Source: Octopus sinensis (taxonomy: Eukaryota). From it: a stretch of DNA of 64,000 bases. This document shows positions 34,790 through 48,230 of this stretch, in pieces (position 1 is the stretch's first letter; each line of letters starts with the position of its first letter). Made by a program: the position numbers and the translations under genes. The notes beneath the pieces were generated by a model that was not told the origin of the DNA, ran no database searches, and saw only the letters and a program-made list of their open reading frames with translations. The stretch spans positions 1 through 64,000 of the forward strand of contig NW_021833428.1 in the NCBI RefSeq assembly GCF_006345805.1, written 5' to 3'.

Positions 34790-36075
34790 GATTAGGGAAT
34801 AGATGAATTGCCATGATGACTGCCAGCAGGTTATGGTAAACAATTTGAGGTTCAAATAAAATCGTTTAGAACTAGAAGAATATCAGGAAAATAATGTAAA
34901 TATAATAAGTGGATTCTCAACTTTTAGTATGAATCGTTGCTAATTTTGTTGACAAGGGATTGGGGAAAGTACCTAAAAAGAAGAGGTTTATGTGTTCATT
35001 TGACCTGAAATAACCATGTAATTTAATTAAATAATAGCTCCGGTGATCCAGAAAATTATTTTCAAAACCATCATTTTTTGAAGTTACTTCAGAAGCCAAC
35101 AAATTAGTAAAATTTTTTTACAACGGAAAATCATGTAGTCTCCCTTCGTAACTGAATAGTTATTTCCATGTCGTCGCTACAAAGGTGAACTACGATGATG
35201 GCACTTTTCCTGTATGAACTAAGAATTCAAGAATGTACGGAGAAAGCCCGTTCACTCTATTTTGTTTAATTGGTATGATGATTTGGACGTGGATCTGAAG
35301 GAATTGTCTTGGTGGTTATCACATGGAAATAACTCACTGAGAACCAAGGGGCTGCCGTGTCTAATACGGGAACTTATTTATTTTCCGACAATGCTAGAGC
35401 ATTGTGCAGTCACTTTAACTGAGTCAGAAAAACAGTTAATCATTTAGATGTGGTCAAATGATAAATAGTGACTACCTACGAAGACACAACGAAATAATGA
35501 AGTGTATACATCAGAATTAATGCAAGGAGTATGGAATTAAGAAATCTAGAAAATTGAAAATCCACTCTGTTGAGTCAGTGGCTGCGAATAACTCTGTGGA
35601 GATTTGTGTTGACCTGACAATAAAGACAAGCCGCACATCTTCGTACTCGACAAAATGAGGAACATAATCATGCTTATAAGTCAGGTTGAGGTGGAAAAGC
35701 TCCATAAATACGATTTGCTTTCCAGTAAACTCAGAGTAATTCACAACGCCAAGGTTACAGGTGCCATTTTTATTAACATAGACGACGTTTATAATGCGAC
35801 TCAATCGGTCTCAAAGAACATACACGAACTTACATTTAGTCGATGGTTATTCGGAAAAGATAGGAGAGTATGCGTAAAGAACATAAGTTTGAAATAATTC
35901 TGCCGGAAAAATGTCAAAAGTCTTGATTTAAAACAAAGGAGAAAGTTTGCCAAGTGTGGGTAGGTATTGAGTCAGACTTGATAGCGACCACAGAGGAGCC
36001 TGGTCCTGTGAGATGGATGAGTGTGGGCATTGAAAAGATTGGCTCTGGTTCAAAGAGGAAGAGAATCGACTGAGA
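34790..36075 (+). mobile_element. R4-like RLE retrotransposon 3' fragment
   Basis: DLKELSWWLSHGNN, DYLRRHNEIMKC, DNKDKPHIF, VEVEKLHKYDLL. Confidence 0.8.
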
Positions 36076-36209
36076 GCAGACGCATTAATTAAAAATTAAT
36101 AATTAATCGTTTTGGTTAATTAATTTGTTTTTTTAAATATTATAATAATAAAAATATTATATGGCTAAACTAATTTTAAACTAATTTTTAAATAATTTGG
36201 TTTATTTAT

Positions 36210-36931
36210 ATGGATAAGCGTTTGGTTGTTAATTCTGTTCAATTTCCTGTATCTTTAACTTGTGTAAATACTCGGTTAACTGCGCAAGAAAAGCTTCAGA
36301 AAAGGTAAACTAAAAGTATTAACCACTATATAGAAAAGTAAAGAACCGAATTGCTGCTCAAATAGCTCGTGACAGGAAAAAAATCTACGTGAGCTCTCTA
36401 GAAGAGCAGTTGTTGACCTTGGAAGAGACCAACGCTCAACTTAAGCTTCAAAATTTGCAATTAATGAAACGCAATCAACTTTTAACTCAAAAACTTTTAA
36501 ACCCATCTGAGGGAACTAGGAGGATTGAGGAAGTGTCGTTTCCAAACAAGTCTGCAGAACTTGAATCTTCTCCGCAGTGGAAGATGACGACACTTTTCTC
36601 TCTACTCCTTTTTGCCCAGAGAACTCAAAGGGATTGGGAGAGCTCGTTATATTGGACGAAGACCCTATTGGTGGAGACGATAAGATGTTTCTCAATTCGT
36701 CCTCTAATGAGCCTACTTTTTCATATTTGGAACCATTTGATAACATTTTTTATTCCTGGGATAATATTTTTGGGGGTGACACTAATTTTCCTCCAGTTGA
36801 GCCGGCAAGCCTTCAAATGGATGAATCTTGTGAAACAAATTATTTGGAGAGTCGTCCAGATTGGTCTGAAAACTTTGATTTTATTCGATTTGACCCACTT
36901 CATTGGCCTTCTATTTGAAACGGTGACTTGA
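36210..36931 (+). CDS. XBP1: X-box binding protein 1 bZIP; unspliced form ends at 36931, IRE1-spliced form ends at 36918
   Basis: LTAQEKLQKR|KVKNRIAAQIARDRKK plus leucine zipper; spliceosomal intron 36305-36333; paired CNGCAG hairpins at 36548-36583; two overlapping C-terminal frames. Confidence 0.93.
36555..36574 (+). other. IRE1-cleaved unconventional intron (20 nt)
   Basis: Hairpins aagt-CTG^CAGA-actt and tcttct-CCG^CAGT-ggaaga. Confidence 0.88.
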
Positions 36932-37280
36932 CATATTTATTAATCGAATGTTATATTGGTTATTCTTATTAATTTTTATTGGTTTGGTCACATATGTTCC
37001 ATATGGCAGATATTGTGGCAATTTTTAAATTAATCAATATAGCTTATCACTAAATATTCCCTCGGGGATTTTTTAACTGCAAAGTTCCTTCCTTATATAA
37101 TTGTCTCCTAATTAGGGTGCAGCATTGCTTCCTAACTGGTTTTAACACTGCTGTCTTACTCTAATGAATCTAGTTCAAGCTCATTAAAACCACTTGTCTT
37201 TTAAAAAATTATAACCACTTAAACATCCAACCATTATACCTATCCATGTCTAGACAAATGAAATATCAGACTACAGTTGT

Positions 37281-37575
37281 AACAACAACAAGCCCTGCCG
37301 CAAGATGAGAACGGAATGTTAACATCTCGCTTGGGCCAGCCACATAAGATCAAAACAGAGAGAGAACATGTTATTAAGAAACTAACTAATCCAAAGGAAG
37401 ACAATCCAAACGAAGACATGGGTCTCTGCTTCATCTATTTTTCTTTTCGAGTGTGGCTGAAGTAGACATCCGGTTCCGCAGTGGTATCACTGATAACGGC
37501 GTCACTCGTCAATCCGGGGTGCATGTAATCCGGGGTGCATATAATATGCATGGAACCTTCGGCCGAAATGATAAC
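37281..37575 (-). mobile_element. SINE-like repeat copy with (GTT)n tail
   Basis: Body matches 32560-32690; tail matches 34682-34711. Confidence 0.65.
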
Positions 37576-37889
37576 AGTTGTAAACTTTGTCTAAGAAATT
37601 AACAACTGTACCGCTTCAAGAAAGTTTGACGTAAATAAGAAACTGGTAAGAAATTGGAAACACAATGCAACATACCTATGCAAAGAAACAAATGTGCTAT
37701 TAAAAAAGCTTCCGGGGGCCAGCACTTGAACAAGAACTTGTATACTGGGTCGAGAAGCAACAAAAGTATGGGCTTGTCGTCACATTAATTTTAAATCAAA
37801 ACTTGATTATCCACCAGACTAAACAAATTAAAGACTTAATTAAAAGTAATTGTTTTCAGATTCGCATAAGAATCCATTGTTCAGTTTAA

Positions 37890-38335
37890 AGCGTTTACTT
37901 TCTCATGAATCCAGGACACAACGCAGACTTAATAACTGTCCGCACAGGTTACATCCTATACGAGAAACTTCCCCTCGCTGTATGGAAAGACCGTCATTCT
38001 GTCCGACGCTTACCGTCTCCGCGATCAAGACCAGTGAGCTCCAGAACATAAGGGAAGCTTGCGCATTAAGGCCCCGTTTGACGACGTTGTTCAAATTGGG
38101 GTGTCTCGGAGTACGTCTAGCACTTAACCGGCAGGAATGAGGGTGGAGGGCATCAGAGTCTATCAACTGCCCACACTTGCACGGGTGGGGATGGCAAAGA
38201 GGGATTCCTAGTCGAAGACAGGTACCGAGTCGAACTGACTAATCATACAAGAGTAAACCGGCTGAGGATAGTGGGACGGCATTTAACCAGTCCGCTGAGT
38301 GTGGTTGCGCGGCTGCGTTCATTGATGCGAGTTCA
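37890..38335 (-). mobile_element. CRE-like RLE fragment
   Basis: AQPHSADWLNAVPLS..G, LRLGIPLCHPHPCKCG, RHPNLNNVV, DGKRRT.T..PYSEG. Confidence 0.85.
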
Positions 38336-38339
38336 ATTT

Positions 38340-39300
38340 GTAAAAAAATGTCGGATAATCACTGTCGGAGCAGACGAGTTATTTACTTAAGGAATCACAT
38401 AAGTGACCCCGGAAAATAACCTTTCTGGAATCGAGCCAGGGTCAAGTGCAAACTTTCAATTGCTCGAAACATACAATCATGAAGTGGTTTGCAGTTTTTT
38501 AGAAATAAATTATACATCTCATTGATCCCAATTGTCTTCCAGTGAGAGAAATGGGTTACTACTTCATTGAACTTCTAACGGATGTCAGACACCACAAAAC
38601 TTGGTAATCATGAGAGTATCAGATATACAAAAGCAAAACGACTTACTCATAGTGGACCTGATTTCCACATACTTCCTCATGTGTCAGGCATTTTGGCCTC
38701 ATGCGGGTAACCTCCTTCGTCTCTCCATGCAACCGCCAATAGAACAGTCTGGAATTTAACTGAGACAAGTTGTTCTCTCGCCTTCCCTGACACCGAAATT
38801 CGTGGGTTGAGAGCTTCTTCTGATAAAAAACAATCAACTCCATCCTCTTTGCCTGCACACATTTCAATTCATTAAAATTCCATTTGGCAGGGTGTGCTCG
38901 ACGAAATTTCCATCAACTCTTTGTCCCAAGCTTCTGTGTGATTCCTTCATAGGTTGTCTGTGCCAAGTACAAATAGAGATAAATATCGTCCATTGTCTCT
39001 GGAGCATTACGCACGATCGCGTAAGATATTGCACAATTGATGCAACTCATAACGTCAGTCCTGAGTTGCCACCTAGATATATTTCGGGTCATTCTGCGGT
39101 CCGTAATGAGGAAAAAACAATTCTCAGAGAGTAGGGATGTCTACTTAATACCTTGCTAACCTGCAAAAATAGGGCTAACTCGCTACTCTGGTGCTCGTTT
39201 TGTTGAGAACATGAGCATCCTGACGGCGTAATCGCAGAAAAAGTTTTCCTTCGCAAGCCTGAAAAGAAGTTTTAGCCAGGTTCTTCAGTGCATTCAGAGA
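38340..39300 (-). mobile_element. R4-like RLE fragment
   Basis: Degenerate LYL..GR, STHEF and DHMT motifs shared with other copies. Confidence 0.65.
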
Positions 39301-39751
39301 CAAATTCGCGCAAAAACGTAATTTGAAGCATTGAAGAAAAATAGGTCAAAAATTCCTGGACATCCTGGAAGCTCTTCCCAGCACTTGCGAAAGAGTAGAT
39401 TTAACCTAGTCCTTACGGGTCGTGCACTCAGTCCCTTTTGCGATGGCAAGGCTCTCCATCGAAGGTCTCCCTCTCCGACGCGTTTGTCCATCCTGCTCTA
39501 AATATATTATGAATAATAACATTGTTATTTTCTCTTTCAGGAGGAGTTCACATCAAGATATAAGCAGGTTTTTTTTTAAAATGAATTTGTATAACTAAAC
39601 AACAACACGTAAGATTTCGCTTGTACCAGACACAGAATTTTTCAAGAGCAAGAGATAACAAGTAAGTTGGTTATTCTAATTAATTTCTAGTTGAGGCATA
39701 GATAAATTTCTCTTGTCTTTTGAGTTTTCTTTTTATTCAAGTGTGGCTGTT

Positions 39752-40003
39752 CAAGTTTCCAAGAAATGCTTTAAGAAAGTTTAGTTTCTTATTCCATTTC
39801 TTCAACACGTTTTCCGTATGGGGAATAAAGGTTAGAAAGGTGAAATGAAGTGGTTTCAAAAAGTAAATTACAATCTTCTAAATAATTGCATTTTTTCATT
39901 TGTAGAAAAATTATTCATCATTTTTTCATCCAGGTACGATGAACAAAATTCTGCAAATAATTGATTAAGTTCTTCACCCGTTCAGTGTGACAGGAAGCTA
40001 AGA
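39752..40003 (-). repeat. Inverted copy of 26051-26301
   Basis: Direct sequence match. Confidence 0.9.
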
Positions 40004-40004
40004 C

Positions 40005-40166
40005 GTACCGAAGTCCAGATAGTGCTTGGAATTCGCTTGTAATGGTATGTCAATAACGGCGTCACTAGTCAAACCCAATTGGAACTTTCGGTACAGACAG
40101 CTTCTGAGAATCGAACCCGGGACTAGAGTTTAGCAACGGATTTTCGACCATTTACCTGCCCGGTAT
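40005..40166 (-). mobile_element. tRNA-derived SINE head (diverged relative)
   Basis: B box GGTTCGATTC on minus (about 40108-40117) followed by the shared core ttgac.agtgacgccgtta. Confidence 0.55.
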
Positions 40167-40255
40167 AACTAGACCAAAAGCTAATTACTCAGATAATACT
40201 TTTTTAAATAATTTTAATGAGATAAAATAAATAAAAAGACATTATCATACTATTT

Positions 40256-41170
40256 TTACTCAGATTTTTTAGCCCGTCCAATACGTTCGGTCCCCACTTG
40301 TTCAAGTTTTGAAGCTTTGATATAGTTTGTATTTCCATTAAGAGAAGTGACAAGGTTAGGATTTCTCTGAGTCGTATATTTTTCACCAATCGAAGAATAT
40401 CTTTTACTTAATCAGTTAAGTGAACCCCATTTCATACAATTGGCACTGATCAATATTATAACGTTCAATAAAATTCCAGACTTCTCTGTAGTTCCACGAC
40501 AAAATTGGATTCACTCTAATTAAAGGAGGCCAACCTTCATCACAAGGCATAAACGGAGCAATCGAATATTCTGAAAAAATTACAACATTTGTGTCTTTAC
40601 CAAAGTCGTCTCCCCTTGTTCCCATAAATACGGCCTTTATCTTTCTGTTGTCTTTAGTAAACTGATATAGTGATTCCTTATAGTTCCCACAGTAGTGAAC
40701 GTATTTTAAATTAAATCTTTGTTTAAATATATTTATTTAACCTATTAACAGATTCTTGTATGAAATTTGTTAATTCTGGAAATTCGGGTCCAGTAGAAAT
40801 GTGAAGAATTAAGATTTCTATTTTTGATAAAGAACCCGCACTAGAAGTTAAGTTTGTAGACTTTACTAACTGTCGCTTCCACGCACTCATGAATAAATAT
40901 AGGACAATTGTTGATTCCTTTCCTCCGCCAAAAGCTATGCACATTTCATCAAAACTATTCAAATTGACGTCAAATTTTAATTAGCTTAGGTAAATAAATT
41001 TTCATTAAATAAAATTAAGTCAACCTAAAACGAGTAAAAGCCTCGTAAAAGTACGAAAGAGATTGCCGTATAAAGTTAGACTCCTTTTTATGTTCAGCAT
41101 CAGAGCATATTTTGGAAAATGTATTTTCTTTAATATATACAAGTGAATTACCATCACTTTGGAGCAACAT
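40256..41170 (-). CDS. FLAD1: FAD synthase (PAPS-reductase domain only), multi-exon
   Basis: IAFGGGKESTI, EFPEL..F, AVFMGTR.DD, PCDEGWPPLIRVNPILSW, LYEMG|YSSIG, ERIGR. Confidence 0.92.
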
Positions 41171-41199
41171 GAAATATATTTAAATTAATTCAGTAGTAA

Positions 41200-41450
41200 T
41201 TAATTATTATTATTAAAACCAAGATCGCCGTCCAAAACATAGAACTAATTAATCAGGTGATCCCGGCTTCTCTGAGGAGGGTCCTCATCTTTGCCCGGTT
41301 CTGCTCCCTAGTCCCGACACAATTTCTATGAGAACGCTGTGGTGGAGTTTTGGGGCCTGTAGGCCCACCGAATTCGAAAATATCGACCTGCAAAAGGGGC
41401 TTGCTTGTCTTCCTCAAAATGCAATTAAAGCCGGCGAACAAAGAGCGGCT
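41200..41450 (-). mobile_element. LINE 3' end with (TAA)n tail
   Basis: ORF ends SHRNCVGTREQNRAKMRTLLREAGIT*, homologous to the C-terminus at 16815. Confidence 0.75.
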
Positions 41451-41559
41451 GTATTTATGCAGGAAAAACCTTTGAAAAGGATTAACGTCGAGTGTTTTTA
41501 AAAGTGAATTTATGCTATTCCAATTTTGGGTGGCCTTAAGAGAATGTCTTTAGTTTGCC

Positions 41560-42600
41560 TGAGGAGGTCGGGGATTCTGCGATCAATTAAAACAAATAAA
41601 TTGCCCTTTCCATGATCGCAGGATTTCTAGCCCCAAATATGGTATTCAGAGCAGAGAAAGCATCTGTGCGAAGTCTATCACAACCGCCAACATGAATTAG
41701 TTAATCAAGAAAATCAAATGTAAAGCTCTGCATTCCATATTATTCAAATGTCTAAATGACCAGCGGCTGGCTTTAGAGAGGAAATGTTTCCCCCAGAAGT
41801 GAGGCACTATATTGTCTACTGGAGGATAGGAATCTATTCTTTTCAACCAAGGGAGCATTTTGCAATCATTGTATGAGAAGCAAAAAAACTGTTGGGCATT
41901 TGGCAACCCGGTGTTGAAAAATGCTCAAAAGTGATTACAACAGAAGACATAAAGAGGTCCTGAGATGTATTCATTTGCATCTATGTATGAAGTACGCAAT
42001 CCGCAAAGTCAAAAAATTAAAGGTTTATCCTGTCCAATCAATTACATTCACACAAAATGTCGAAATACGAGTCGATTCCCAAATAATTACAGACTCGAAT
42101 ATTCAGTGCAACAAGTCTGACATATTTTCGTACCACAAAATTAAGAACGAAATTACTCTCATCGATGTGGAAATCATTTCTCAGGACCACCTAAGCAGGT
42201 CAAGGTCGAGAAATGCCATAAATAAGATCTACTGGCCGGGGAGTTGTCTATTCTTTACGACGCTCATGTGAGAATAATCCCACTGGTTTAGACCTGGGAC
42301 GAGTTCGTTTACAGATTTTTCACGAAATACATCGAAAAGTTGGCTATCGATGACGGAACTTGGAGTTACATAAAATCAATTGTGTTAAAGAAAACACTGG
42401 AGAGTATAATTGTTGAGCACAAATACGGGATCAGAATCACTGATGAAAAGATAATTCAGCCAGTAGCCTCTTAATTGAAGCAAGTCATTTGTACGAAGAA
42501 AATGTAGATAGTGTGGGAAAAAGAATCGCAACTAACTTGAAGACAGAGGATCAAAGAGTGGTGTTGGTTACTTCCTCCTCTAAAAAGAGGAGATTAATTT
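41560..42600 (+). mobile_element. R4-like RLE retrotransposon 3' fragment
   Basis: HLATRC.KMLKSDYNRRHKEVLRCIHL, EIRVD, NKSDIF, ITLIDV, YIKSIVLKKTLES. Confidence 0.88.
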
Positions 42601-43056
42601 TCAGCAGACAACAATCAGATTAACATCAATGAAATAAAATTAACTTAATAAAATAAATGGTAGAATAGACAAACGATTAGCTTAAATAATCTTTAAATTT
42701 GCTTCGATCAGTTAAAAATCATTAAGTTCGTGTTTCTAAGAATAGACATAACTGCTAGAATAATTTAAATACCGTAATAAATCATTAATATATTCGAAAC
42801 CGTTACTAATTAATGAATTTCTTGTTTTTCGGTAAATTTTTGGCCTAACCGAGTAGAAAGAATTAAAAAGCGGTTAAATTGGAAAAGGCGAATCTATTCA
42901 CAATGTTCTAATGAATTAAAATTAATCGGTTTATTATTATTATTAAAACCACTTGCCACTCAATCGATTATTTAATTAATGTTCAATCGTTAAATTATGC
43001 TAGTTTAGAATAGCTATCTTATCTTTTTTCGCGGTAACCAGTCTGATTTATATACC

Positions 43057-44282
43057 ATGCTGAATTTGAATTCTGGTTCTATGATTTTTACAGAAACAAC
43101 TTCACTGGCGAACAATTGTTCTTGCCATCCACCTCGAGAAATTGACAACAAAACAAGAATTGCGAAAAAGAAACTTCTGATTGCTTTGATTTTGTCTGCT
43201 ACGTTCACATTAGTTGAATTCATAGGTACATCAATGATTCTTAAAATAGGTGGAATTCTTTCAAATAGTATATCAATCATGACAGATTCTTCACATATGC
43301 TGGTTGATGTCATCAGCGTTGGGGTGAGCTACTTGTCATTAGTATTCCACTCACGACCTTCTACCAAAAAGTTCAGTTTTGGTTGGTATAGAATAGGTAT
43401 TTATACTTTTAAAACTCACAGAGGTACTTGCGTCACTACTTTCCATAATGTTACTTATCAACTTAACTGTCGTATTCGTATACGCTGCTGTTATCAGAAT
43501 TAAGAGAAACGAATATGACATTAACCCAAATATTATGGTTATTATAGCATCAACTGGATTATTCTTCAATATAATGTAGAGTACACTTTATAAAGTGTTT
43601 AGATTGGTTACAGTGTTGCATCACGGCCACGAACATTCCCACGAATTGCCAAAATCAGTCGATGTGATTCAACAGGGTAGTAAATTATGCTATATTCAGG
43701 AGAAGAACATTCACATAGAAGCCATGGAAAACATCTTGGACTCTCGGCTGCGTTCATTCATGTAATCGGAGACTTAATTCAGAGTATCGGTGTTTTTATT
43801 GCGGCTCTGATTATATATTTCAAAGTAATTGTCTTTAAATGATGTTAGCCAAATCTAAAAATCGTAGATCCAATTTGTACTTTTATTTTTTCAATTTTGG
43901 TGGTAATCAGCACTTATACAGTCATGAGAGACATATTTTTTGTGCTTATGGAAGGTATTTTGATTTTTCAATTTTAGCGGTCCCCGTTGGAGTTGACTAT
44001 AACTTACTTTGGAAATGCCTCAGCAGCGTTTCTGGAGTTCGTTCATGCCATAATATACGAGCATGGTCCCTTACACACTCTAAGCTTGTTATTGCAGCTC
44101 ATTTAACTATTGGTAATTTATTGCATTAATTTTTGATAGACAGCGAAGTCGACTCACAAAGAATTGTAGCTGAATGTTCAGAAAAGTTAAGGATGGAGTT
44201 CAACTTTTCTGAAATATATCTTCAGGTGGAAAACTATCATCATAGCATGGAGAGATGTACTGATTGTCTAGGACCATCATAG
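43057..44282 (+). CDS. Zinc transporter SLC30 (ZnT2/3/4/8-like), multi-exon
   Basis: SIMTDSSHML.D, FSFGWYR|EVL, His-rich loop, AAFIHVIGDLIQS, VDPICTF, LMEA|VP, HNIRAWSLT. Confidence 0.93.
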
Positions 44283-44874
44283 CTTTAATTATTTTTGACT
44301 CTATTTTTTTCTAATAACATTATGACTTTGTTTTTGTGCCCTCAATTTATTTTTTTCTACATGTCCAAATGAGTGAAACATTGAGATGAAGTCGTATTTT
44401 TTCCATTTAATATTAAATAAGCGCATTTCAGCTCAATATGCTATAAATGATTTTTTAATTGCTTGTTTAGACTAAGTTATGAGATGTGAAAACAGAAAAA
44501 AATCGATTTGGAGCCATTAACCTTTCCCCATATCTTTAATATAACAATTCTTCAGTGATTGCCGCAGTGACATATGGTTTGGTACTTATCAGACAAATAT
44601 GAACTTGTCCTCGACGAGTTCTATAAAATCTAGGGTTACGTTCTAAATCCTTTTTCAGAATAAACCAATAAGCTCAATCCCCAAATTATCTTAAGTTTTA
44701 TTTGTAAATTCTAAAGGTAGATTGTGTTTTTGAATATCTTTCCTCTGAACGTATTTATTTTTCATAAATTCAAATACTTTTGTCGCTTGATTGAAATGTA
44801 ATATTGCTTGATTATTTTTTTATTTTTAATATTTTGATTTAAAATTATATTTTTTGCTTTTTGTTGCAGCTACG

Positions 44875-47339
44875 ATGATTCCCAGTTTTCTGAGGAGGCC
44901 TAAGCAAACTACCTCTGTAGAAAGATTTTTGTATTATTTATTTTTTGACGATCAGCGAACTTATGGAATTGCTCTCATGTGGCAAACTCGCAGACAGCAC
45001 AGCAATATCGAATACAATTTATGAAGTAACCCGCATATTCCTTTGGGGAACTAATCAGTCAGAAGGAATATCAAAGTGATTTTAAATATCCTTTAACATA
45101 TGCAGCCAATTTATGCAGATGAACATTATTACGATAATGAAAGACATTCTTGTTGATAATCCTGAGATTGCCCTCTGCTTGCTTCAGAATCTTTGCATTA
45201 TATTTGAAAGTCTTACAAACAAACAAATCCTCTGTAATTAAATCTGATTATTTAGATTTACTTCTCTCAAACAACACAATTAATTATCTTATCAGCTATA
45301 ATTTTGACTTTCGCGAGGAGGAGGTAATAATTATATTTTTGATACAAATATTCTTTAGGCTATTAATCATTATATATCCTTCTTAAAAGTACTTTCATTA
45401 CATTTTTCTAATGACACCGCCGGATTCTTTTACAACGAGGTGACATATTATCCATATTTAAGATTTCTAATGAATTTCCCTTATTTACAGAATCGGTCAA
45501 ATTTTTTAATCACCCTGATACAATGGTTCAGGCCGTAATTCGGCATGTGCTTCTAAATATTTTCAGAGGTTGATTTTTGACTTTATTTTAGTCTCTGATC
45601 CAATCATAGTTAAGCTACTTTGTGATTCACATCTCCTCACCTATCTTGGAGGGTTTACCCGTTTTATTAAAAATACAATTCTATCTGAGTCTTTTCACCT
45701 GGAACAGGACAGAAAGAATAATTGCACGTTATTTTCGTCCTATATAGATCAGCTATGCTATATCGAAGACATTATTTTGTTAACATGTGTTGAAATATCG
45801 ACACTTTTCCGTGCTTATTTCAGAGAACGGGTTTATATTCCACTTATTTTATACTCCTTGGTTGTGGAATACGATTATTTTCACTCGAAAGTATATTTCT
45901 AGTCATGTCTTATAAGAACCAACCATTTGTGACTCCGAGTTGTGCTTTGATTCTTCTAATTCTCGTTGGTCCATACATTTATTCTTAATAATCCAGACTT
46001 TTACTCACGTTGAGTCAAGCGAGTGGCGGGAAAATTTAGCTCATGCCCTTGTTTTTGAAAATTTGCAAGTCTTTAACGAGGTAAGAAATTGCAAATAAGT
46101 TTAGTTACCAATTGACAGGTGGATATATTCACAAATAAATAAAGAAAATCCTTCACACGCCGAGTTTTTAGGACAGAGAGTGTTTATGGAATCAGTGATT
46201 GTTCATCTTGCAAGTAGCTCGAATCTGTTCTCATGCTTGGCTGGAAATATAATTCTCTTTATCTGCCGGGAGACTTTTGTCCTGGTGGAAGACACTTTTA
46301 ATATTCGAGAAAATCTTTCCCACGTAGTCACAAATATATTAGAGGAGTCAGCATATCTTGGTTTTTGCTTTATATTTACTATTATGGTAGAAAGTGTTTG
46401 CAAAACTTTTTCTTTGCGGATATATTTGTTGTTGCTTTGTTCATTTTCTGGTTACAACAGTCTATACAAACTATACAGACTTTTCTGCTCAGAATTGGAT
46501 AGAATTAATCGAGTAATTACAGTTATAATGACTTTAGACATATAAACTGTCATGGATTGTTTTTTATCGACATTTCTTTCACTATGAGGTTTGTTTTAAT
46601 ATTCAGATATTTGAGGCCGTTGATTTTCATATTTGTTCATATGACGCGCCACTCAAAGAGGGTGATTTTGATGACGACAGCAGTGGGCATTCCTTTTCTG
46701 AAGAGGACTTGGTTGATTTGGTTTACAGTTAAAAAATATTTTGACAGTTTTCTCGTCGTTTTTTAATGGTGAGAAACTTTTGTCTCCATTTGGGAATTGT
46801 TACTGGAAAAGTAACTTCAGAAAATCCAAAATATTTTGAAAGTCATCGAATACAGCGTGGTTAGTAATATTTTTGCACCTGTAAGGTGTTGCTCGGCTTG
46901 TTGTTGTTGAGATGAGCCAAGATGTCTTTGATCACTATGAACAAGTTCTTTACACTGTAAAGGACAAACACATACTTATTCTTAAACCAACTGAGATTAC
47001 CGATCAGTTTATAGTGGTTAAATCACTTTTTATTATGGTGTGGATTGGGTGATTTATTTATGTAGGATCTGGATGTTAAAAGAGCACTTCCAGATACAAG
47101 GACATTGTTGGTTAACTCTAAGTTTACTCAACAAGTTGGTTTCTATTGCTTATTTTAGCTTAAATTAACATTTGATACGGCTGTGGCCTGTTCTACTGCT
47201 CTGGCTATGTTTTCAGTTGAATTACAACGATTACGTCGCGTAGCAAAGAAACTGATTGTTTCTATTATAAATGAGGCTGGTGGTGAGAAATGTTATTTTT
47301 TTCATTTTAGATGATATTTCTGCGCCTATTTTATATTGA
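44875..47339 (+). CDS. CLEC16A: CLEC16A/GOP-1-like protein, multi-exon
   Basis: LLSNNTINYLISYNFDFREEE, YISFLKVLSL, FFYNE, EFPLFTESVKFFNHPDTMV (FPL domain); exon ends approximate. Confidence 0.85.
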
Positions 47340-47344
47340 TTGAT

Positions 47345-47595
47345 ATTTTTCTTGTAAAAAATTATTTTGTAATTGGTTTATTTATTGTGGAAAGGACCGT
47401 TTCAGTTAAAAAAAACTTTTCTTGTAAAAAATTATTTTGTAATTGGTTTATTTATTATGGAAAGGACCGTTTCGGTTAAAAAAACTATTGAATCTAAAAT
47501 CCCTATTTCGTTTTTTCGAAATAGAAAATTAGCGGTCTTGACTCAGAGTGATTATAATCTAAAAAAATTAGCGGTCTTGACTCAGGGTGATTATA
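47345..47595. repeat. Two local tandem duplications (about 70-bp and about 39-bp units)
   Basis: ttttcttgtaaaaaattattttgtaattgg..ggaaaggaccgtttc x2; aaattagcggtcttgactcag.gtgattata x2. Confidence 0.85.
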
Positions 47596-47599
47596 GGTT

Positions 47600-48230
47600 T
47601 GAATGTCTTGATGACCCGCGTTTCTCATTACTACGTAAAACAATCCTCCTCTCGAGTTCAGTGATCATACCCGTAAGAATTCGAATGCTACCGGCATGTA
47701 TCAAATGTTACAGGCGTAAAACAGTGATGATCCGAGAGAATTTTGTACTTATTTTTGTGGCAAGCTCAGCGTTATTCGGAATGTGCCCTGGTCGTTCTTC
47801 CTATGGGATGATATTTGAAGATGAGAACGTGTGCACGTTGTCTCTTACAAGAATGAAAGGCCTGCTCGAAAAGGAAATATAGTCATTTTGTTTGGTTTTG
47901 CTTCTTTGCCACGGTCTAGACCTGCTTGTTCAGAGATAGAAGGTATGCCAGCAATCTGGACGGTAAAGTATGGAGAGAAACTTAAGAGAAAAAGTAGTCT
48001 TTCCACGTCTTTTATGGTTATGCAGCGGCAGTTATAAACTGTGTATTGATGAAATCGAGTCGGAGAAAAAAACCAGTTCTGAATGAATTGTTTTCGAGTA
48101 GAGTCGCCGTTCATGCTGCTTGGAATGCGTTTAGCGAGGTACCGTTGTTTTCATGTGCAGTGGAGGTAGGCCACACTGTACATGTTAAGCAAGAGTTTCA
48201 AAATCTTAAATAGTTCTGAAGCCAAGATTT
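47600..48230 (-). mobile_element. Degenerate LINE RT fragment
   Basis: EQAG.. motif and downstream RT-like residues; many frameshifts. Confidence 0.55.

Noticed and set aside
44340-44790. Possible small minus-strand spliced gene between ZnT and CLEC16A
   Set aside because: Candidate micro-introns can be drawn but give no recognisable protein or convincing start and stop.
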